Origin: a virus | Taxonomy: Duplodnaviria > Caudoviricetes | DNA length: 58,052 bases | IMG/VR virus record: IMGVR_UViG_3300036770_003243 | Location: 1-58,052 of that record | Reading direction: 5' to 3' (one strand) | Part shown: positions 52,696 through 58,052 of the stretch, piece by piece | Position numbering within the stretch: position 1 is the stretch's first letter | Layout: the number at the start of each line of letters is the position of its first letter | The notes under the pieces: generated by a model | Databases searched by the model: none | The model's input: only the letters and a program-made list of their open reading frames with translations | Told to the model about the DNA's origin: nothing | Position numbers and translations under genes: made by a program

Positions 52696-53735
52696 TGGCC
52701 AAGAAGCGCAATGGATCAGGATGTGGATGCGGCGGCATGTGCAAGAACCCGGGGTGTGCCACCAAGCGGCGGCGCAACCCGACTGCCTCTGAGCACGCCA
52801 AGAGGGGTGCGTACCAGTACGGAAGAGCCGAGAAGTCGCTCAAGAAGGGCGATACCTATGGTGCAGCTGCGCTCGCCCACATCGCCGAGTCGAACTTCTT
52901 GGACGGAAACGACTTCGAGGGGGTCCAGTTTGCCCATGATCTGGCCAAGCAGGCCGAGCGTGCATCAAGGGCAGTCCGCAACCCCGTCAAGAACTACGGC
53001 AGCAAGAAGCGCAACCCCACCGTCCACGCCGCCAGCGAGGACTACAAGCTGGGGCTGTTCCAAGGCGCTGCCGAGCGCGGGATGCAACCCCCGCCCAAGG
53101 GCACCAGCTACGACCTGCGGCGCGGCTACGCTGACGGGGCCAAGGTCGCCAAGGCACTGCCGTCCGCACGCTCGGAGGCATTGGGTGTCTACAAGGCCAC
53201 AGGCAACCAGCTGCGGGCCGCTGACGTGCTCTACGACAACGCCAAGGGCGGCGCATCGACGGTGCGCAACCCCCGTGCAGCCAAGTCGCCCGCTACGGCG
53301 AGGGCGTATGTGACCAAGATCCGATCGATTGCGCATCAGGCAGGGATCTCGGATCGGGACGCCCATTGGGCACTTCACTACCCCGAAGCGGCGCAGAGCA
53401 AGCACCCCGCGCAGGCAAGGATCGGCAAGCTGTTCCTTCAAGCCAAGGAGAAGGGGCTGGGCAACGCCGTCATGGCCAAGTTCGAAAAGCGGATCGGGTT
53501 GCTGGCCAACCCCCGCAATCGCAAGAACCCCATGACCGCCGCCGAGCGCAAGCATTGCGCTCACGAGCGTAGCGAGGAGCGGGCGTTTGCATCACTGCTG
53601 GCCAAGATGCCCATCGGGCAGACGGCAACCCTTAGCGGCCACCGCGTCCGCAAGCTGTCCAAGGGCTATGTGGTCATCGATGGCATCCGCCTGAGCGACA
53701 AGCAGGCAGCTGCCAAGATCCACCGGGGGAAGTGA
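52692..53735 (+). CDS. Basic RNP-repeat modular protein
   Basis: Four RNP plus KNP/ANP motifs; modules shared with the 2923 and 54335 ORFs. Confidence 0.75.
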   Translation: MMAKKRNGSGCGCGGMCKNPGCATKRRRNPTASEHAKRGAYQYGRAEKSLKKGDTYGAAALAHIAESNFLDGNDFEGVQFAHDLAKQAERASRAVRNPVKNYGSKKRNPTVHAASEDYKLGLFQGAAERGMQPPPKGTSYDLRRGYADGAKVAKALPSARSEALGVYKATGNQLRAADVLYDNAKGGASTVRNPRAAKSPATARAYVTKIRSIAHQAGISDRDAHWALHYPEAAQSKHPAQARIGKLFLQAKEKGLGNAVMAKFEKRIGLLANPRNRKNPMTAAERKHCAHERSEERAFASLLAKMPIGQTATLSGHRVRKLSKGYVVIDGIRLSDKQAAAKIHRGK

Positions 53736-54325
53736 TGCCCCGCCGCAACCCACCCAGCCCGTTGACCATAGGCATCGCGGTGGGTGCGGGCATCCTTGCC
53801 TACTTCCTTGTGCGATCCAAGACGGCATCGGCCCAAGATGCGGATGGCGCTCCGTACCAGCCCGTCCAGTACCCACCCAACTCGCCTGAGCTGATTGCGC
53901 TGCTGCAAGAGGCCGCAAAGGCTGCCAACTTGCCCGTCGAGTGGGCATCGATGCCCGCTACCCACACCCTGATCAACAGGGAGAGTGGTGGATGGATCGG
54001 CATCCCCAACTACACGATTCCCGGGGCCAAGGACAAGGCCACGTGGCCCGACACGGTCGCCAAGCTGCGAGCGGGCAAGTCCCCCCCCGGCAAATCGGAT
54101 GCAGCGGGCTTGGGGCAAATGCAGCCCAGCAACATGCGCGCATTCGCGCCCAGCGGGATCAAGGGATACGGAGTGCCGATCGAGGAGGCCATTGGCTTCC
54201 TCAAGTACGTCCACAGCCGATACGGCGATCCGCAGACTGCGCTGAGCATGCACGGCAAGCTGGGGGTCTACGTCAACACCCGCACAGGCAAGAATCAGGA
54301 AAAGAAGTTCAAGGAAGGCTACTAG
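53732..54325 (+). CDS. Membrane-anchored lytic transglycosylase-like protein
   Basis: MPRRNP plus TM; RESGG, S.A.GLGQ, Y...RYG motifs. Confidence 0.75.
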   Translation: MMPRRNPPSPLTIGIAVGAGILAYFLVRSKTASAQDADGAPYQPVQYPPNSPELIALLQEAAKAANLPVEWASMPATHTLINRESGGWIGIPNYTIPGAKDKATWPDTVAKLRAGKSPPGKSDAAGLGQMQPSNMRAFAPSGIKGYGVPIEEAIGFLKYVHSRYGDPQTALSMHGKLGVYVNTRTGKNQEKKFKEGY

Positions 54326-54334
54326 GAGGGCATC

Positions 54335-55000
54335 ATGGCCAAGCTGGTCGGGAAGACGGCCACTGTGAGGTTGGGTGACGGAAGCTACCTCATGGAGACG
54401 GGAGGGGTGCTCTTCAAAATACGGCAAGATGCCGATGTACTGCGCGATGACGAGGATCGCTGGTTCGTTGAAGCGTACAGCCGACGAATGCTCGATGCAG
54501 TGGGGGCCAACCGTGCAGTTCCGTTCAGCGTGTCATTTCCCACCTCTTGGGCAACCAAGCAAGAGGCAATCGAGGCTGCACGATACGCGATCCACCACCG
54601 CAAGAAGTACGGTCTTTCCAAGGAAAGAGCGGCAGCGGTAGATCGGCGGTACTTGACCGATGACGGCTGGGAAATAAGCGAAAACATGAATCGCTATCAC
54701 AGCGAGATGGGAGACCTCGAGTACTACCGCATGGTGGGGCGAATGGATGTTCGCAGATCGCCAGCGAGGGCTTATGTGGACGAGATCCTATCGATCGCGC
54801 AAAAGGCGGGGCTCTCGGATGACCAAGCCCGTCGGGCAATGCAATTCCCCTATGTGGCGCAGGGCAAGTCCGCCGCGCAGGCAAAGATCGGCAAGCTGTT
54901 CATTCAAGCCGAAAATGAGTTCCTGCACAATGACGTCTTGACCGAGTTTGAGAAGCGGGTCAGGTTGCTGGCCAAACCCCGCAAGCGCAAGATCCACTGA
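54335..55000 (+). CDS. Mosaic hypothetical protein
   Basis: SD AGGAGG; C-terminal ~75 aa paralogous to a module of 52692-53735. Confidence 0.7.
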   Translation: MAKLVGKTATVRLGDGSYLMETGGVLFKIRQDADVLRDDEDRWFVEAYSRRMLDAVGANRAVPFSVSFPTSWATKQEAIEAARYAIHHRKKYGLSKERAAAVDRRYLTDDGWEISENMNRYHSEMGDLEYYRMVGRMDVRRSPARAYVDEILSIAQKAGLSDDQARRAMQFPYVAQGKSAAQAKIGKLFIQAENEFLHNDVLTEFEKRVRLLAKPRKRKIH

Positions 55001-55040
55001 GGCGGCATAGGCCATAAAGGCCAAAGAGCAGAGGTACCAG

Positions 55041-57467
55041 ATGGCCAAGAAGGCAAAACCCCCGATCCGCAAGAGGCTGACCGGCACCGCTACGGGCATT
55101 CTTGAAGGTCCGTACACGACCAAGGGCGCGCTGGGCGACAAGCTGCCACGGATCCATGAGCAGATCTGGTTCGACCCACAGACGAAGTCGGTCGTCCTTG
55201 GCGACAAGCGCACCCTCTTCGACGTCAAGCCTTCCCCCACCAAGAAGCTGGAGGAGTCCGCAACGGCCAAGCGCCGTCGCGAATTGACCGCCCGCGCCGC
55301 CGAGATCCAGCTCAAGATCAACAAGAACGAGCAGCTGGCCGATGTCGCCCGCACCCAGCAAGAGGCGCGGACACTCAAGCGGGAAGCATCCGAGATGAAG
55401 GCCAAGCTGGCCGAAGTCGTTGCGGAACTGGATAGGGTCAAGACCTCCACCGACAAGGTGGACTCGCTTGCGCAGGAGCAGGCTGCCGTAGTCCGCCAGC
55501 CGTCTTCTGGAGCGTTGCAGGTCCAGATGGAGTACGACCGCAAGAGCGACAAGGTGCGGCTCTACTTCATCGGATCCAAGGTCGACCCGAATACCAAGCA
55601 GCCGATCGATTGCCCACCCAAAAGCCGCCTGTGCTACGCGGTGGCCCCGTCCGTCCGCGCAGCGCTCGACCCCTACGTGGAGCCCGGCACCAAGAACAGC
55701 GGTGAGATGGGGTATTGGGCCGTCTCGTCGTGGGACTACCCTGAGGTGGTCAAGAAGCTGGCCATGCTCCCCAACGTCGTCCTGCGCGGCGCTCCTGAGC
55801 TGGATCTGGACAAGCGATTCAAGACTCTGGACAAGCGGGCAAAGGACGTCTCCAAGGGAAGCATCAACTTTGGCGAGAAGCCCCCGCGAGTGGGCAGCTA
55901 CAAGGATGGCACGCCCGCTCCGTTCCAAGAGGAGGGCGTCCGCTTCTTGATGAGCCGTGATCAGGCCATCTTGGCCGACGACATGGGTCTCGGCAAGACC
56001 TACCAAGCGATCATCGCCGCGCACAACGCAGTCCCCAAGAGCCAGCAGATCCTGATCATCTGCCCCGCAGCGATGGTGGGATCTTGGGCGCGGGACATCA
56101 GCGTGTTCATGCCCAGCGCTGCCGTGTCCATCCTCAACACGGCATCGTTCAACAAGGGCGATGCGCCATCGGAGCGCCCAGAGAAGGCGCGCTTCCTGAT
56201 CACGTCCTACCAAGGCGCGACCAGCCTCACCGGCAAGGCCAAGGTGGCCAACCTGCTGCTCGACCGCCGCTGGGGGCTTGTCATCTTGGACGAGGCCCAC
56301 CGCCTCAAGCACTTCAACACCCTGCTGCACCGCTTCATCGACAAGATCAAGGCCGATCGGTTCTGGTTCCTCACTGGCACACCGATGGCCAACCACGTGG
56401 TCGACTACTACGGCCTGCTCAAGCTGGCCAAGCACCCTGCGGGAAGGCGGCTGGACGAGTTCCGCAAGAAGTACCTGCCCCGCGAGATCAAGTCGGGCAA
56501 GGCCACCGTCTCCGTCGACCGCAAGCCCCTGCTGGCCCTTGGGCAAGCCCTGACGGGCTTCGTCCTGCGCCGTACCAAGGAGGAGGTGCTGAGCCGCGAC
56601 CTGCCCAAGAAGGTGGGCGGCATTGCCCAAGCCCCCGCTGGTTTCATCGAGGCCACGCTGCCTCGTGAGGTACTGGCGGACATCGCGGAGACCGTCGAGG
56701 AGGGCGGCAACCGCGAGAAGGTGCGCCACGCCCTTGCGGTCGCCAAGGCACCCACCACGTGGGAGATCGCCGAGAACATGATCGATGCGGGCGACAAGGT
56801 GGTGCTGTTCACTACCTACACCGACGTCCTGCATGGGTTCGCCGAGCTTTGCCAGCACAAGAAGGTACTCTACATCGTGATCAGCGGCGAGGTCAGCACG
56901 GTGGGCAAGAGCGCCCAAGTCAACCTGTTCCAAGGTGAGCCGCTAAGTGACCAAGAGGAGAAGTGGGCCAAGAATAACCTTGGCCAGTGGTGGCTCAACC
57001 TCGTCCGCTACGTCCCCACCGATGAGTGGAACAAGGCGGATCTGGCCGAGGCGCGCAAGCGGTTCGGCAAGGACGAGGCCGAGTGGCCGCACAAGATCCA
57101 AGTGGTGCTCGCGCAGATGGTCGCCGCCTCCGAGGGCGTGACGCTCACGCAGGCCGACACCCTGCTCTTCAACGATCTGGACTACATGCCCAGCCGTCAC
57201 CAGCAGGCCGAGGACCGTATCTACCGCTTGAGCAAGGGCGGCAAGCTGCCTCACAATTCGGTCTACATCGGCTACGTCTACGCAAACGACCCGATGGGTA
57301 TCGACCAGAACATCCTCCTCAACCTGAAGTCCAAGATGGCCGACATCAATGACGTCTATCGCGGAACCGGCAAGGACACTGAGGGTGCGGCGGAAAAGAC
57401 CCGCTCGACGTACTTGAAGGATGTTGCCAGTATCACGCCTGCACGCCGCAAGGCCCGTCGCCGCTAG
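55041..57467 (+). CDS. SNF2-family helicase/translocase within the structural block
   Basis: LADDMGLGKT, DEAH, LTGTP, EGVTL, QAEDRIYR. Confidence 0.92.
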   Translation: MAKKAKPPIRKRLTGTATGILEGPYTTKGALGDKLPRIHEQIWFDPQTKSVVLGDKRTLFDVKPSPTKKLEESATAKRRRELTARAAEIQLKINKNEQLADVARTQQEARTLKREASEMKAKLAEVVAELDRVKTSTDKVDSLAQEQAAVVRQPSSGALQVQMEYDRKSDKVRLYFIGSKVDPNTKQPIDCPPKSRLCYAVAPSVRAALDPYVEPGTKNSGEMGYWAVSSWDYPEVVKKLAMLPNVVLRGAPELDLDKRFKTLDKRAKDVSKGSINFGEKPPRVGSYKDGTPAPFQEEGVRFLMSRDQAILADDMGLGKTYQAIIAAHNAVPKSQQILIICPAAMVGSWARDISVFMPSAAVSILNTASFNKGDAPSERPEKARFLITSYQGATSLTGKAKVANLLLDRRWGLVILDEAHRLKHFNTLLHRFIDKIKADRFWFLTGTPMANHVVDYYGLLKLAKHPAGRRLDEFRKKYLPREIKSGKATVSVDRKPLLALGQALTGFVLRRTKEEVLSRDLPKKVGGIAQAPAGFIEATLPREVLADIAETVEEGGNREKVRHALAVAKAPTTWEIAENMIDAGDKVVLFTTYTDVLHGFAELCQHKKVLYIVISGEVSTVGKSAQVNLFQGEPLSDQEEKWAKNNLGQWWLNLVRYVPTDEWNKADLAEARKRFGKDEAEWPHKIQVVLAQMVAASEGVTLTQADTLLFNDLDYMPSRHQQAEDRIYRLSKGGKLPHNSVYIGYVYANDPMGIDQNILLNLKSKMADINDVYRGTGKDTEGAAEKTRSTYLKDVASITPARRKARRR

Positions 57468-57475
57468 GGGGAAAC

Positions 57476-58052
57476 ATGCTGATCTACAATCCGGGAGAGC
57501 GCCTGCAATCTTCGGGGTTCATCGCCGGTGTCGCGGACTACGACTGGGACAAGTGGGAGGGCGCGCCCATCACGGATGCGGACAAGGCCAAGGCCGCCGG
57601 CATCGCTGACGGGTTCAAGTCGCAGGCTGACGCTGACAAGTACATGGCCGAGTCCAGCGACCCCTTGAAGATCAAATTCTTGGTCCAGTACGCAGTGACG
57701 GCCAAGAAGAAGCCCGCATTCCAGACCACCTTCACGTCGTCCGCGCAGCTCGATGCATCGGCGGTCAACGTCCTCCTGCCCAAGGGCGGCATGACGGTGC
57801 TGAACGCTCCTGAGACCCTGCCCCAGCAGAAGAGCAAGGCTGCCAACGACATCCTCGCGTCCTTGATGACGGATAGCGTCAAGAAGGCGATCCCACTCAA
57901 CGCCCTCAACACCTACATCGGCGAGCTTGCGCCGATCATCGCACTGGACAAGGGCAAAGCGGCAAAGAGCCTCGAGAGCTTCCTTGCACGATTGCGAATC
58001 TGGCCGATCCTCAATCGCATCGGGTTCTTGGCCCAGAACGAGCTGGATCCCC
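57476..58052 (+). CDS. 5' part of the ~952-aa junction-spanning membrane protein (continues at 128-2409)
   Basis: ATG after GGGGGA; my translation MLIYNPGERLQSSGFIAGVADYDWDKW... stays open and in frame with base 1. Confidence 0.8.
   Translation, partial: MLIYNPGERLQSSGFIAGVADYDWDKWEGAPITDADKAKAAGIADGFKSQADADKYMAESSDPLKIKFLVQYAVTAKKKPAFQTTFTSSAQLDASAVNVLLPKGGMTVLNAPETLPQQKSKAANDILASLMTDSVKKAIPLNALNTYIGELAPIIALDKGKAAKSLESFLARLRIWPILNRIGFLAQNELDP

Noticed and set aside
54960-56933. Long antisense ORFs (also 37604-39196, 17633-19045, 34013-35350, 42893-44197, 12741-14018)
   Set aside because: Shadow frames of motif-bearing genes in high-GC DNA; no motifs or SD support
57926-58052. 127-bp terminal repeat as a biological direct terminal repeat
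   Set aside because: It falls mid-ORF and its length equals a common assembler k-mer size; best read as the overlap of a circular contig

Overview
The window is a complete, circularly permuted, high-GC dsDNA virus genome of 57,925 bp: bases 57926-58052 repeat bases 1-127 exactly, and one ORF reads through the junction. It looks like a bacterial virus (sigma70-type promoters, SD sites, several peptidoglycan hydrolases), but I see no terminase, portal, HK97 capsid or tail genes. A + strand morphogenesis block (about 44262 through the junction to 9542) holds two paralogous beta-rich capsid candidates, a second paralog pair, a membrane-anchored transglutaminase/papain-like Cys protease, about 14 C-terminally membrane-anchored proteins (a few lie outside this block) and several very basic proteins built of modules separated by an RNP motif. 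By inference this is a tailless virus with an internal membrane and jelly-roll capsid proteins. Other blocks are: - strand early genes behind a family of near-consensus promoters; a Cre-like recombinase and two MTases; a lysis cluster; a block with a GHKL-peptidase fusion and topoisomerase IB; and replication genes (PolA, SSB-like, SF2 helicases, PD-(D/E)XK nuclease, primase-D5 helicase, VRR-NUC). The best candidate for an undescribed system is a two-signal virion maturation and cargo scheme: RNP-delimited core polyproteins plus hydrophobic-[ASN]-G leaders on tail-anchored proteins, with candidate proteases encoded alongside and no recognisable packaging ATPase. All family calls are by-eye motif recognition, not database searches. 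Start codons were adjusted by hand where an SD or stop/start overlap supported it.
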